Part shown: in pieces, positions 18,693-28,824 of the stretch
Layout: every line of letters begins with the position of its first letter
Position numbering within the stretch: position 1 is the stretch's first letter
DNA from: a virus
Lineage: Duplodnaviria > Caudoviricetes
Reading direction: 5' to 3' (one strand)
Length of the DNA: 64,000 bases
IMG/VR virus record: IMGVR_UViG_3300042992_001693
Span: 23,177-87,176 of that record
Notes under the pieces: generated by a model
What the model was told of the DNA's origin: nothing
Database searches by the model: none
The model's input: the letters and a program-made list of their open reading frames with translations, nothing else
Position numbers and translations under genes: made by a program

Positions 18693-19523
18693 ATGGGAAT
18701 AAAATATTCATTAAGTGAAAACGATTTAATAAAAATTAAAGAAAATTATGGTAAAATGCCAAATAAAGATCTTTTAAAAATTTTAGACAATGATTGCAGT
18801 GTGGGGATTTTAACGCATACTGCGAAAAAATTAGGAGTTCGCACAAAGCGCGATGTTGTTATAAGAGTTCAATTATCTGAAACATATGATAAAATTATAG
18901 AAATTTTAAATATAATAGAAGATAAAAAAGCATATTCATTAGAACATGCCACGCAATTAGGGAAACTGCACATATCAACATTTTTAAAATCTATCAAAAA
19001 ATATCCAAAACTTTTAGAACAATATAATAAAATAAAATGGAATGATGTTTTTGATTTAAAATGTTCTGTGTGTAATTCTTTATTAACTTTAGATAATTAT
19101 AGAAGATTGAATAATATTACCTGTTCAAGAGGTGCTAATAAGAATAGATTTAGAAAATGTGATGCTTGCCATACCCTATCAAATAGGGTCATAGACACAC
19201 CCGTTAAAAAAATAGGACTTATATTTTCTTCGGCTAAATCGAGAGCTAAAATGAAAAATATGGATTTTACAATTACAAAAAATGATATAATAAAAATGGC
19301 AAACGATCAAAATTCGAAATGTTATTACACTGGAGATATTATGGAATATGAAATAGGGAATCCAAAAATGATATCTATTGATAGACTGGATAGTTCCAAA
19401 GGATATACATTAGATAATATATGCCTTGCAACTTGGGAAATTAATAAGATGAAAGCTGATATAAATTTCGGCAGATTCCTAGAAATCTGCCGAAAAATAA
19501 ATTCAAACTTTAAATCTGATTAA
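18693..19523 (+). mobile_element. Free-standing putative homing endonuclease (His-Me/HNH-like)
   Basis: C-terminal CYYTG...SIDRLDSSKGYTLDNICLATWEINKMK; CxxC pairs; inserted antisense between sheath and tube genes; own TAAATA at 18683-18688. Confidence 0.65.
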
Positions 19524-19524
19524 T

Positions 19525-21873
19525 TTATACGATTTCGTTAAAGTTAGCATCTGTGCGAGTCGCTGTGAATGTTACTAATATGAATTCAGCTGCTCTGGTT
19601 GGTTTAATTAAGATATCAGCTCTCAACTCATTGTTATCAATAACTTCGGGAGTATTAACTCGCTCATCAGCTACGATGAGATAATCGTATAATCCTTGAT
19701 TTTGTTTAGCAAACTCAAGCAATGGAGTGATTGTGTTTACAAATCTTGTTCTGGTGAACTCAGTGTTTGGTTCGAATAAGAAATATTTGGATGCTTTCTT
19801 AACTGGTCTTTCAAGTGCTAAGAAGAGTCTTCTTACGTTGATTCTATCAAAGGCGCTTGGTTTGCGGCTAAGAGTTTTTTGACCCATTACAACCATACCG
19901 TCACTTGCACTGAAATATACAGGGTTGATATTAACTTTATATAATTCATCGCGTTGCTTTTGATTTGGATTAACTGCTAAATCAAGTGCTGATGTTGTAA
20001 GAACACCTCTGTTGAATCCAGCTGGAGCGATCCAAGGGAATTCATTAGCATCGGTTCTTGCCATTACTGCAGCTGCGTGTGGAGATAAAGGCATCCAATA
20101 CTTGTCACCAGTGAAATCGTCATATGTTTGAACCCAGTTACCATAAACTGCAGCATATGATGTGTTGGTTAATGACAATTGGTGTCTGATTGGCCAATAA
20201 ACATCTGTTTGGAATGTTCTAGTTCTGTCTGAAAGAATCTTTGTATTCTTACCTGTTACCAAGAAGTGTCTAATTGGATCTGCTATGAACATACAATCTC
20301 CTCTACCACCAGTGTTGCTAGGAAGATTACAGAAGTTTTCAAATTGATTGAACACTGCTGTGTAGTTTGCTCTCAAATTAGTAGCTGAAAGATTATTATC
20401 TATCGGCTGTGATGTTCTCATTGAATCAACGTTTGTTTTTATAGTGTTATTGTAGAGAGTTTCATCATAGAATGGTGTTTGAGCAGCACACGCCATGGTG
20501 AATATTGTTCCTAACCCACCTTCAACTACAAGATCAATGTCGTAAATTTCATCATTTTTAACTGATTCTAATGCACGATTTATTTTAGTTGGAACATTTC
20601 CTACAATTTTCTGTCTGATTACAGTATTGCTAAATGCTCCAAGTGGAGTGAGAGCATCAGCATAACCGATGTCAGCGGATAGTGATTGTATAGTAGAAAG
20701 GCTTATAGTACTATTGTTTCCAGATCCTGGAAGATCTACAGACAATATTGAATAATTTGTTACCATTCCTTGTGTCAAGACACGTATTCTCTTTTGTGGA
20801 ATACCGCTTGAATTCAAGCTTGTTTGGCGGAACTTATTAGAAATGAATGGGTTTACCATTATTTCAACATTTCTGCTGTTTGTATCGACAGATTCTAAGA
20901 AGAATGGAACCGCTGGTCCTCCAGAAGGATTCAATTGAGTTCTGAAAGTGTCGATAGATCCTACAATCGCATCATCAAGGACATAATCAAGCTTGAATGA
21001 TTCGGTAGCGTATGTACTCTTACGAAGTTTGAAAACTGCAACATTTAGAAGGTCATCATCTTCACGACCATCAATATTATAGTTTGTAAGTTTTTCCATT
21101 ATTTCAGAAACACTGTTAGCAGTTCCACCTGGGGTTGAACTGAGGCCAAACTCAAGTGTTCCAGTGGGAACATCTGTGTAAGTAATGTTGTTTGGTGTTG
21201 AAACAAAGTTACCACTCAAGCTGAGGGTCTTCACTCCGACGATAGCATCGAAATTTGTAGCTGGGTTGATGTTGGTATTATCTGCTATACCGACATAATA
21301 TCCTTCAAATTGACTGTTGATTGTTGTTTGTGCTTTGTTGAAAACAATCAATCCAGCTCTACCAAGATCGGTAACTGCACTCAATTGGTTTCTTGATGAA
21401 AGACCAGTGTCTGACCAATCAAATAATGTTCCTTCAAGAGCTTGTCTGTATTGGGTTTCGGTTAAAGTTACATGAACAGGCTGTCCTAATACATATGTAG
21501 CGGCTGATAAGTCGAGAGTTGATGTTACAGCATCGTTGAAAATTGCTTTTGCTGGATAAACGAGAGCAGAAAATCTGCTTCCAAAACCGTCACCGCTTCC
21601 ATCACCGTAAGGTAATCTGAAAGTATAAACATTCGCAGGTGAATTAAGAAGCTCTCTTACTGAGTAGTAGAAATAGCGTTCGGAGCTATTTGTAGGAGTT
21701 CCATAAATTTGTTCCAGTTCATCTCTTGTTGAGATCTTTATAACTTCATCAATTGGTCCTTGATTAGCAAATCCTGCTAAAAACACATTTGTTCCAACAT
21801 TTTGAGGTATTCTTAAAGAAAGGTCGCGTTCTCTGATTTCAACACCTGGAGATTGTATAGTTCTAGTTGCCAT
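19525..21873 (-). CDS. gp18: Tail sheath protein gp18
   Basis: SPGVEIRERDLS, FANQGPIDE, WIAPAGFNRG, RINVRRLFL, LFEPN, IKPTRAAEFI. Confidence 0.95.
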   Translation of the reverse strand: MATRTIQSPGVEIRERDLSLRIPQNVGTNVFLAGFANQGPIDEVIKISTRDELEQIYGTPTNSSERYFYYSVRELLNSPANVYTFRLPYGDGSGDGFGSRFSALVYPAKAIFNDAVTSTLDLSAATYVLGQPVHVTLTETQYRQALEGTLFDWSDTGLSSRNQLSAVTDLGRAGLIVFNKAQTTINSQFEGYYVGIADNTNINPATNFDAIVGVKTLSLSGNFVSTPNNITYTDVPTGTLEFGLSSTPGGTANSVSEIMEKLTNYNIDGREDDDLLNVAVFKLRKSTYATESFKLDYVLDDAIVGSIDTFRTQLNPSGGPAVPFFLESVDTNSRNVEIMVNPFISNKFRQTSLNSSGIPQKRIRVLTQGMVTNYSILSVDLPGSGNNSTISLSTIQSLSADIGYADALTPLGAFSNTVIRQKIVGNVPTKINRALESVKNDEIYDIDLVVEGGLGTIFTMACAAQTPFYDETLYNNTIKTNVDSMRTSQPIDNNLSATNLRANYTAVFNQFENFCNLPSNTGGRGDCMFIADPIRHFLVTGKNTKILSDRTRTFQTDVYWPIRHQLSLTNTSYAAVYGNWVQTYDDFTGDKYWMPLSPHAAAVMARTDANEFPWIAPAGFNRGVLTTSALDLAVNPNQKQRDELYKVNINPVYFSASDGMVVMGQKTLSRKPSAFDRINVRRLFLALERPVKKASKYFLFEPNTEFTRTRFVNTITPLLEFAKQNQGLYDYLIVADERVNTPEVIDNNELRADILIKPTRAAEFILVTFTATRTDANFNEIV

Positions 21874-21910
21874 ATCTTTATTTATGTTTTTTCAAGTATT
21901 TTTTTTTAAA

Positions 21911-22513
21911 TTAATCTATAGTTAACTTAAAAAGTTCTTGATCTATTAATTCTGTATGTAATTGACTGTACAAAAATACAAAACCACTAACCAATCTCAT
22001 ATCACCTCCAGGCTGATAATCATAATTCAAACCTTTTAAAGTTGTTGGGAATGCTTTCTTATAAGTAAATTTAATTCTTTTTTTACCATAATCATCCAAT
22101 CCGTATATTGTTAGATCGGTTTGATAATCATTAAAATTAGCATCTATGCTGACATTTCTAGTATTATATTCCCCGCTTTTTTGATCATGTAATAAATTTA
22201 ACCACTGATATATGCACCAATAGTTATTATATAATCCATCAACCGCAAAATTTACTTCAACGGGTGGATAACTATTTTTACTATGAGATGAAATATATAG
22301 TGTTGATCCAGCATATCTTGTTTCAATTCCAGGAACCGTTATGTCAGGAACACTTGTTCCAAATATTGAAAATTGAACATTGTCAGGTATTACAGTTTTA
22401 TTATTTCTATTATGTTTTGTTGAAAATTCTTTTAAAATTGGCGGTACGTCAAAAACCAATAAAAATTTGTCCTTTGCTGCTTGATTCAGAGGGCTTTGTT
22501 TAATCTCTTGCAT
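21911..22513 (-). CDS. gp3: Tail completion/tube terminator gp3-like
   Basis: QFSIFGTSVPDITVP...YPPVEVNFAVD..YNNYWCIYQWL...FPTTLKGLNYD. Confidence 0.7.
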   Translation of the reverse strand: MQEIKQSPLNQAAKDKFLLVFDVPPILKEFSTKHNRNNKTVIPDNVQFSIFGTSVPDITVPGIETRYAGSTLYISSHSKNSYPPVEVNFAVDGLYNNYWCIYQWLNLLHDQKSGEYNTRNVSIDANFNDYQTDLTIYGLDDYGKKRIKFTYKKAFPTTLKGLNYDYQPGGDMRLVSGFVFLYSQLHTELIDQELFKLTID

Positions 22514-22515
22514 GA

Positions 22516-24111
22516 TTAAAAGTATTTATCCATAAATTCTGTTTGTCCCGCATCTAAATCATATCTAGGATTTGTAAACCCACCTCCCAAGCCAACCCAG
22601 CCATCAGCTTGTAAATCTGCAATATCTGAATTTAATTCTGTTGAATTTCCAAAATATACGGGAGCTATTTGACTATTTTCAATACCATCAACCTGTTCGT
22701 TGGTATATATAGATGTTGAATTTTCAAAATATTTCAATCCAAAATTGTTGAGTGTTATTTTTGAAGGTTTTCCACAATCATCATATTCTTCAACTGTGAA
22801 ATATTGTTCTATTAAATCATCATGCAATATCATCAAAGCCCAAATCATAGCCATTGTTCTATCATCATGCTTTCCAGAACTAGCTCCCCAACTATCATTG
22901 GGCAATTTAACAAAATCTTTAACAATTTCTTCTAAAGATTCTTTATTTCTAAATTGAACTGCTAATTTATCATTATAATAATATCTTGCATTTGCAACCG
23001 CATTATACTTTGTATTTCTAGAAGAAATCATACCAAGCAATTGTGTGCTTTTTCTACCAGCTAATTTACTACCCCAGGATACAATTTTATCCATATATCC
23101 CATATCCAAAGCCAATCTATCAACAACTTGTCCGCCTTGATTGTTTCTTTCTATACAAACCAAAGGTTTTCCCCAGTGACATAATATTTCATGTACTTTA
23201 TTAGCAAATTCAGCTACTGGAATGGTGTTGTCATAATATTCAGCAACTTCAATTATTTCGTTTAAATCTGTTATATCTAATATTTTTATACAACTATAAT
23301 CTCCACCAACGCCATCGGATGTATCAACACCAGCAACATATATCTTTTCGGGCTGAGGATGTTCAAATATTTTGTATTTTCCATCCATCAATACTTCAAC
23401 AGGCTCTGAAAGAAATTGTTTCATTTTATTGTATGCATCTTCTGTCATTGAGCCAGTACCTGCATTCATAAATTTACAATTAAATTCTTGCTCCCATTTA
23501 TCTTCAGAAGCTAACCCACCTTTGATTTCCTTTGCCCACTTTTCATCTCTTCCTGGAACTTCATGCCATAAAATTTTATCATGACTCCAATTGTTAGTGT
23601 TTTCAATTGCTCCTCTATATATATCATAAAAAAGATTGCCAGTTCCATTTGGAGTAGAACACATGAAAACTTTTGCTTTTTTAGAAGATGATACAATAGG
23701 AAATACAGATGCCCAAAAGGGGTCCATTAAGTGAGGTTCGATGAATGCACACTCATCAATTATGAGGCATTGGTGCGATAATACACCATTTACATAGTAT
23801 CTATGAACATCTTCGATATCCAAAAAATCATATACCAACTCATTATTCTGATATGATTCAATATTGATAACTTTTATATTACCGTATAATGTATCACCTA
23901 TTTTTATATTCCTTGCATATATCCAAATATTGTGGGTTAACATTATTTTATGCATGGGAGTGCAATCTAACGATAATCCATCATCAAGAGTGAATCTAAT
24001 TTTGTCAGGATTTGTCCCGATCATTATGCCTCTAAAATCTTTGAAACCTACATCCGTTAAGATTTCAAATCTATTATTTTTGTAAGTTTTATGTGTTGTG
24101 AAATCGGCCAT
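22516..24111 (-). CDS. terL: Terminase large subunit gp17, C-terminal half, fused to split-intein C fragment
   Basis: After 114-aa IntC: CLIIDECAF (Walker B), STPNG, AGVDTSDGVGGDYS, HDDRTMA nuclease motifs. Confidence 0.93.
   Translation of the reverse strand: MADFTTHKTYKNNRFEILTDVGFKDFRGIMIGTNPDKIRFTLDDGLSLDCTPMHKIMLTHNIWIYARNIKIGDTLYGNIKVINIESYQNNELVYDFLDIEDVHRYYVNGVLSHQCLIIDECAFIEPHLMDPFWASVFPIVSSSKKAKVFMCSTPNGTGNLFYDIYRGAIENTNNWSHDKILWHEVPGRDEKWAKEIKGGLASEDKWEQEFNCKFMNAGTGSMTEDAYNKMKQFLSEPVEVLMDGKYKIFEHPQPEKIYVAGVDTSDGVGGDYSCIKILDITDLNEIIEVAEYYDNTIPVAEFANKVHEILCHWGKPLVCIERNNQGGQVVDRLALDMGYMDKIVSWGSKLAGRKSTQLLGMISSRNTKYNAVANARYYYNDKLAVQFRNKESLEEIVKDFVKLPNDSWGASSGKHDDRTMAMIWALMILHDDLIEQYFTVEEYDDCGKPSKITLNNFGLKYFENSTSIYTNEQVDGIENSQIAPVYFGNSTELNSDIADLQADGWVGLGGGFTNPRYDLDAGQTEFMDKYF
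23770..24111 (-). mobile_element. Split intein C fragment (114 aa), ends His-Gln, +1 Cys
   Basis: ILTDVGFKDFRGI, block B CTPMH, block F VYDFLDIEDVHRYYVNG, block G VLSHQ|C. Confidence 0.9.
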
Positions 24112-24112
24112 A

Positions 24113-24976
24113 TTATTTTTTAAATCTTCCTATTATATAATTTTCAGGAATTTGTTCTTTATTCGCAAATCTTTTATTTTTTAAGGTTATAGGATCATGA
24201 GCAAAAACACTTCCTTTATTTAAATTTTTATGTGATTGTTTTCTATCAATTCCAGATCCTTTCACCCATCCGATTGGAATACTTTCTGTTTTGGATATTC
24301 TTTTAATTTCTTTAGATACTGGATTATGAATATAAATTTTACCTTTGCCTCTGAATTCACTTGCTTTCTTCGGATCATCTGAATATATTTTCAATTGTGC
24401 CTGTTTCATATTTTCAACAGCTTCTTTGGATCTCTTCATACCAACATGTTTCAATCTCATTTTTTCAATCTTTTCAGGATTTTTGTTTATCTTATCCATT
24501 CTAATTTTATGTTTTTCTGGATTTGTAACTATCCATTTTTTAATACCTTTCCCTAATTTTGCATTTCTCTCAGGATTATCATAACAAACCTCTCTCATTT
24601 TAATCATATGGTTAGGATCACTCCATAAAATTTTTGCAGATTTTGATAACTTCTCTCTAGCATAATCTGACCACTTAATCTGACTAACTCCCCCAGTTCT
24701 GATATTATAATTTGAAGGATCTTCGATAAAACTTTCTGTAACTAACCGAATCTCTTCTTCGATAGCCTCTTCATATGTTTCATAAAATTTCAAAATATCT
24801 TTTCTAAAATTTTCAATACCGTATTTATTAATCGACATCTTTATCAAAGAACCAGACCCCATATAACCATCTTCCAAATTATCAGTTTTATGAATTCCAA
24901 TATATATTTTATTATTAATTAGATTTGTTATTTGGTAGATATAATTATATTTTCTCTCGATAGAACTTAATCTCAT
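24113..24976 (-). mobile_element. GIY-YIG (Seg-like) homing endonuclease between the two terL halves
   Basis: YIYQITNLINNKIYIGIHKT...YMGSG...E; likely start MRLSS at 24976 with TAAATA just upstream (track start 25021). Confidence 0.85.
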
Positions 24977-25013
24977 AATTATATTTAATGCATCATAATA
25001 GAAAAGACCGCAT

Positions 25014-25148
25014 TTATACATTAACTAACAGTGTATGTATTTCATCACCATCGGATTTGATAATATCTGCCAATTCTTTCATAGATATATCACAAATCTG
25101 ACCAGAAAATTTATCCCTCACAGTCACCATGGATTCGCCTACCACACA
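25014..25148 (-). mobile_element. Split intein N fragment (44 aa)
   Basis: CVVGESMVTVRD...ISMKELADII...* starting at residue 174 (codon 25146-25148). Confidence 0.88.
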
Positions 25149-25667
25149 TGATACACTTTGTCCACGAGCTGCAGTTCCTGTTGTTGTTGTAATGCTAATT
25201 CTGCTATTATTTTCAAGTTCCATACTTGTTTTAGCATACTCAACAACTGGAGATTTTAACCAGTTTGGTAACATTTCATATGCCATTCGAACACGACTAA
25301 AAATTTCAATAGCTGTTGATTCTTTATTAGCTACCAATAATATTCTCTGATCTGGAAAGAAATTCGCTATCCATAATATATAAATTGTCATCAAAGTACT
25401 CTTGCCTATCTGACGACTTGCTAATAAACAGAAGAATCTGTTTTCCATCATCTTTTTTAAAACTCTTTTTTGAGCTTTATATAATTTGATTTTTTTCTTA
25501 CCATCATCAACATTCAATATAAAGAAATAATTTTCAGCAAAGTGTAAAATATTTTTAGAACATTTTTCTAATTCTGTTATTTGGTCTGGAGTATATGCAA
25601 ATGAGCTGCCTTTAGATGGGAGATTTTGATTTCCCATGTAAAATTTTACATCTTCTTTCTTTGCCAT
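25014..25667 (-). CDS. terL: Terminase large subunit gp17, N-terminal half, fused to split-intein N fragment
   Basis: YMGNQNL, LYKAQ, Walker A ASRQIGKS, LVANK, ARGQSVS, then CVVGESMV intein block A. Confidence 0.93.
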   Translation of the reverse strand: MAKKEDVKFYMGNQNLPSKGSSFAYTPDQITELEKCSKNILHFAENYFFILNVDDGKKKIKLYKAQKRVLKKMMENRFFCLLASRQIGKSTLMTIYILWIANFFPDQRILLVANKESTAIEIFSRVRMAYEMLPNWLKSPVVEYAKTSMELENNSRISITTTTGTAARGQSVSCVVGESMVTVRDKFSGQICDISMKELADIIKSDGDEIHTLLVNV

Positions 25668-25673
25668 CCTGTT

Positions 25674-25696
25674 TATTTATATAAAAAAGATAAATA
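25674..25696. promoter_or_regulatory. Back-to-back T4-type late promoters (TATAAATA on -, TAAATA on +)
   Basis: tatttata at 25674-25681 serves terL-N; taaata at 25691-25696 serves 25702. Confidence 0.7.
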
Positions 25697-25701
25697 ACAA
25701 T

Positions 25702-26673
25702 ATGTTCAAAAAAGACATGCAACAAATCGGGGATGTTTATGGGGATGTTTTAAATTCCTTAAAGCATAATATCATCAAAGAAGATAAACAACCAGAAAAT
25801 GCTTTTAATAGTGATTTTCCTAAACAAGATGGAGGACCGTCTGAAAAGGGAGGTTATAGTAAAGCATTGCATGATAATTGCGGAGGTGATTGCGATGTTT
25901 GTAAATGTGGGGATAGTAATCGTGAAGAAGATTCTGAAGAAACAACAACTGGATTTAATAACAAAGCTTTGGAATCAATCGTTTCAAAATTAGAAAACCC
26001 CGACTTAACTGCTGAACAAAGAGAATCTTTAGAGAAAAAGAAAAAAGAAATAGAATTGATGTTACAATCTGAAGAAGGAGAAGAAAATATTAAAGAAGAA
26101 AGTATAAAAAGTGGAAAAGAAATACTAAATAACATTATGACTAAAAAAACACTTAGTTTCGACAAATTGTATAAGTCCGTTCTTAATGAAAATTTCGGAA
26201 TGGGTAATGAAGATGCTGAAAATGACATCAAAGGTCTTGGTCTTGATGACGAAATGTCAGATGATGAGATCGGTGATGAAGTTGACAGCGAAGGTGATGT
26301 AACCATCACACTTGATCGCGCAACCGCAGAAAAACTTTTAGATATTATCGGGGCTGCTATGGGTGAAACCGAATCAGAATCAGAAGGTGAAGCAGAAGGC
26401 GACGAACTTGATTTCGGTGGTGAAGACGAAGGTCCAGAGTTTGGTGAAGAAGACGAAGAAACTCTTGGAAAAGGTTCATCACTCACAGGAAAGAAGAACA
26501 CCGTTGGTAAAGTAAAGCCAAAAGGTGGTAGCGCAAGTTCAGATGTCACTGATGAAGTTGGCGATGACGGCGATTATGGTCATGCAATTTTAAACGCAAA
26601 GCAACCTAACATGGGTACTGGTTCCAATAACAAAGTTGGTAACTACAAACAAGGTGCTGAGTACATAAGATAA
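25702..26673 (+). CDS. Highly acidic late protein, possible prohead core/internal protein
   Basis: D/E-rich; IIKE and FDKLYKSVLNE motifs; late promoter upstream, terminator downstream. Confidence 0.55.
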   Translation: MFKKDMQQIGDVYGDVLNSLKHNIIKEDKQPENAFNSDFPKQDGGPSEKGGYSKALHDNCGGDCDVCKCGDSNREEDSEETTTGFNNKALESIVSKLENPDLTAEQRESLEKKKKEIELMLQSEEGEENIKEESIKSGKEILNNIMTKKTLSFDKLYKSVLNENFGMGNEDAENDIKGLGLDDEMSDDEIGDEVDSEGDVTITLDRATAEKLLDIIGAAMGETESESEGEAEGDELDFGGEDEGPEFGEEDEETLGKGSSLTGKKNTVGKVKPKGGSASSDVTDEVGDDGDYGHAILNAKQPNMGTGSNNKVGNYKQGAEYIR

Positions 26674-26700
26674 TTTAAACAAACCCAAAATAAAATATTA

Positions 26701-26726
26701 AAGGGAGTCTTTCGACTCCCTTTTTT
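26701..26726 (+). terminator. Rho-independent terminator
   Basis: GGGAGTC-TTTC-GACTCCC followed by TTTTTT, 28 nt after the stop of 25702..26673. Confidence 0.9.
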
Positions 26727-26740
26727 ATTAAATAATTACA

Positions 26741-27082
26741 GTGAAAACGTTCGATCAATTTTTCTTAGAATATGCTCATGATATGGCACTGGGAGGAGCT
26801 AAATTAGGAGTCCATCTCAATAAAAAAGGAGGAAACTTAACAATAGATCCCAGTGAAAGAAAAATTATGATGAAGCGACCTGAATATAAACCACAATTAT
26901 CATTGGGTCAACAATTTGTAGGTAATATGTTTGCAGATATATTAATGAAATTGTTTAATTCAACCGAAAGTTATGATAACTTTCAAGAAAATAAAGTTCT
27001 AACTTGTAAAAACAGTGATCTGGGATTGCAATGTAGATATATCAATAATCAACCAGCAGCAGTTGTAATAAAAGTTAAATAA
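26741..27082 (+). CDS. Putative internal head protein with capsid-targeting-like N-terminus
   Basis: GTG start; MKTFDQFFLE resembles the T4 internal-protein targeting sequence. Confidence 0.55.
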   Translation: MKTFDQFFLEYAHDMALGGAKLGVHLNKKGGNLTIDPSERKIMMKRPEYKPQLSLGQQFVGNMFADILMKLFNSTESYDNFQENKVLTCKNSDLGLQCRYINNQPAAVVIKVK

Positions 27083-27086
27083 TTTT

Positions 27087-27890
27087 ATGGGATGTCCTGT
27101 AACACCATTATCATGTCTTGAGCCTTCAAATATCTTTGCTGGTATATTTTCACCAGCGTGTGGTGGATTTGCAGACCCTTCTAGATTTCAAGCTGAACGA
27201 GCTGTTTATAACAGCGGATTTAATGAACTAATTAATAATTTCGGAGTTGATGTTGATTATTATATACACACATATAATTTATCAGCAGCTAATAATTTTT
27301 ATGGAGAACATACAACAGCTCCGTATTATGGACCTATAAAAGTACGTGCATATGTAGAATATGAACACAACTCAGTACCATTACAAGTTTATGGTTGGGA
27401 GCCTGATGATAGTGTTACAATGTATATACACATCAACACATTTATAACAGCTTATAAATCTTTAAGCGTATATCCAGCAAACGGTCAAAGAATAGAACCA
27501 AAAGCGGATGATGGTTTTATTTTAACTCCATTTGGGTGTGATAGACCTTATTCAAGAAGCCCTAAACATTTTGTTGTAACTCAGGTAATTGACGAAGATA
27601 GCTCAACTATCAATCCAATGGCGGGACATTATGTTTGGAAGATTAATGCTAAGAGATTTGATCACAGTTTTGAAGCTGGATTTAATCATGAAAATGATAA
27701 TGTTCAAGTATACGATAATTCATTCAGTGGAGTTTTAAGTTCTTCTATAATTGAAAATGACGGAACTACACTTTCAGAACAAGTATCCAGCGCTGCAAAA
27801 ACTTATAATTTTGATGTTGATGAATATGTTAAAGAAAAAATCTTTAATAACAAAGTTAATGACACATCAATTTATGGTGATTATTTTTAA
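27087..27890 (+). CDS. gp14: Neck protein gp14-like
   Basis: ELINNFGVDVDYYI, NFYGE, GWEPDDSVTMYI, HYVWKINAKRF. Confidence 0.75.
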   Translation: MGCPVTPLSCLEPSNIFAGIFSPACGGFADPSRFQAERAVYNSGFNELINNFGVDVDYYIHTYNLSAANNFYGEHTTAPYYGPIKVRAYVEYEHNSVPLQVYGWEPDDSVTMYIHINTFITAYKSLSVYPANGQRIEPKADDGFILTPFGCDRPYSRSPKHFVVTQVIDEDSSTINPMAGHYVWKINAKRFDHSFEAGFNHENDNVQVYDNSFSGVLSSSIIENDGTTLSEQVSSAAKTYNFDVDEYVKEKIFNNKVNDTSIYGDYF

Positions 27891-27891
27891 A

Positions 27892-28779
27892 TTATAAATT
27901 TTTTAGTATTTTTTCAATATTAAAAATTTCATTATAATCATCGTATGGACATTCATCAATCATTCCTGTAATGTCATAATCAAACAAATAAGAATTCGCG
28001 GAGCCTTCTAAATATGAATTTTCTGATAATATATTATTATGCAAAGAATAACCAAAAAGTTCTGGCTTTGTAATATTCCAAAATACGGTAGATTTCAACC
28101 CTAAAGCAGCAGATGCGTGTTGTAAGCATGAATCTATTAATAATCTTTTATCTGACCATAATAATAAACTTATAAGAACTTTTTTAGACATTTTTTGATC
28201 AATTCTTAAACAATTATTTAAAACTGGATGATTATCGTAACACACATGCATTATGTTATAATTTTCAGATAATACATTTACTAATTCTTGAGCAATCGCA
28301 GGATGTATATCTCTAGCCCAAGAGTATGGTAAACTTTGAGTAGCAGATCCAGCTCCCCCGAATGGTTGAAATATTAAAAGGGGTTTGTTATCTTTAAAGT
28401 TAATTAAAGTTCTAGATATTTCTTTTTCTCTAGAATTTAAATAAATTTGCGGAATTTCATTATTATATTCAACTCCTATCATATCGCACCATGTTTGAAT
28501 CAAGTGTTTTTCTTTAGTGATATGCGATGTTTGTTTGTAAGGTTCTTGAGCAAAAATTTCAACATCTTTTTTATAAATAAAATCTCTATAAAAATATTGA
28601 TTGCTTCCTAATCTTAATGATTTTTCAATTATTGGATTATTGTAAAATATTTCAGGATATGCACATGAAACTATAATTTTAGTTTCTGGATTTTTATTAT
28701 GATATGCTTTTAAAACTGCTGATGCTGCTATGTGTTTACCGACCCCGCCTTCAATATGAAAAATCGCTGTTTCTGCCAT
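27892..28779 (-). CDS. Glycosyltransferase, GT9/heptosyltransferase-like
   Basis: GGVGKHIAASAVLKAYH, IFYNNP, LLIFQPFGG, IDSCLQHASAAL. Confidence 0.65.
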   Translation of the reverse strand: MAETAIFHIEGGVGKHIAASAVLKAYHNKNPETKIIVSCAYPEIFYNNPIIEKSLRLGSNQYFYRDFIYKKDVEIFAQEPYKQTSHITKEKHLIQTWCDMIGVEYNNEIPQIYLNSREKEISRTLINFKDNKPLLIFQPFGGAGSATQSLPYSWARDIHPAIAQELVNVLSENYNIMHVCYDNHPVLNNCLRIDQKMSKKVLISLLLWSDKRLLIDSCLQHASAALGLKSTVFWNITKPELFGYSLHNNILSENSYLEGSANSYLFDYDITGMIDECPYDDYNEIFNIEKILKNL

Positions 28780-28824
28780 AAAAATTAATTATTGTAATTT
28801 AAGTCAAAGTCAATAAGTAGATCT

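Noticed and set aside
22516-25667. terL as a pseudogene or a group I intron-split gene
   Set aside because: Both halves keep intact catalytic motifs and carry complementary intein blocks A and B/F/G, so protein-level joining explains the layout
25854-26549. 231-aa Ser-rich minus-strand ORF
   Set aside because: Antisense shadow of the GAA/GAT-rich acidic gene 25702..26673
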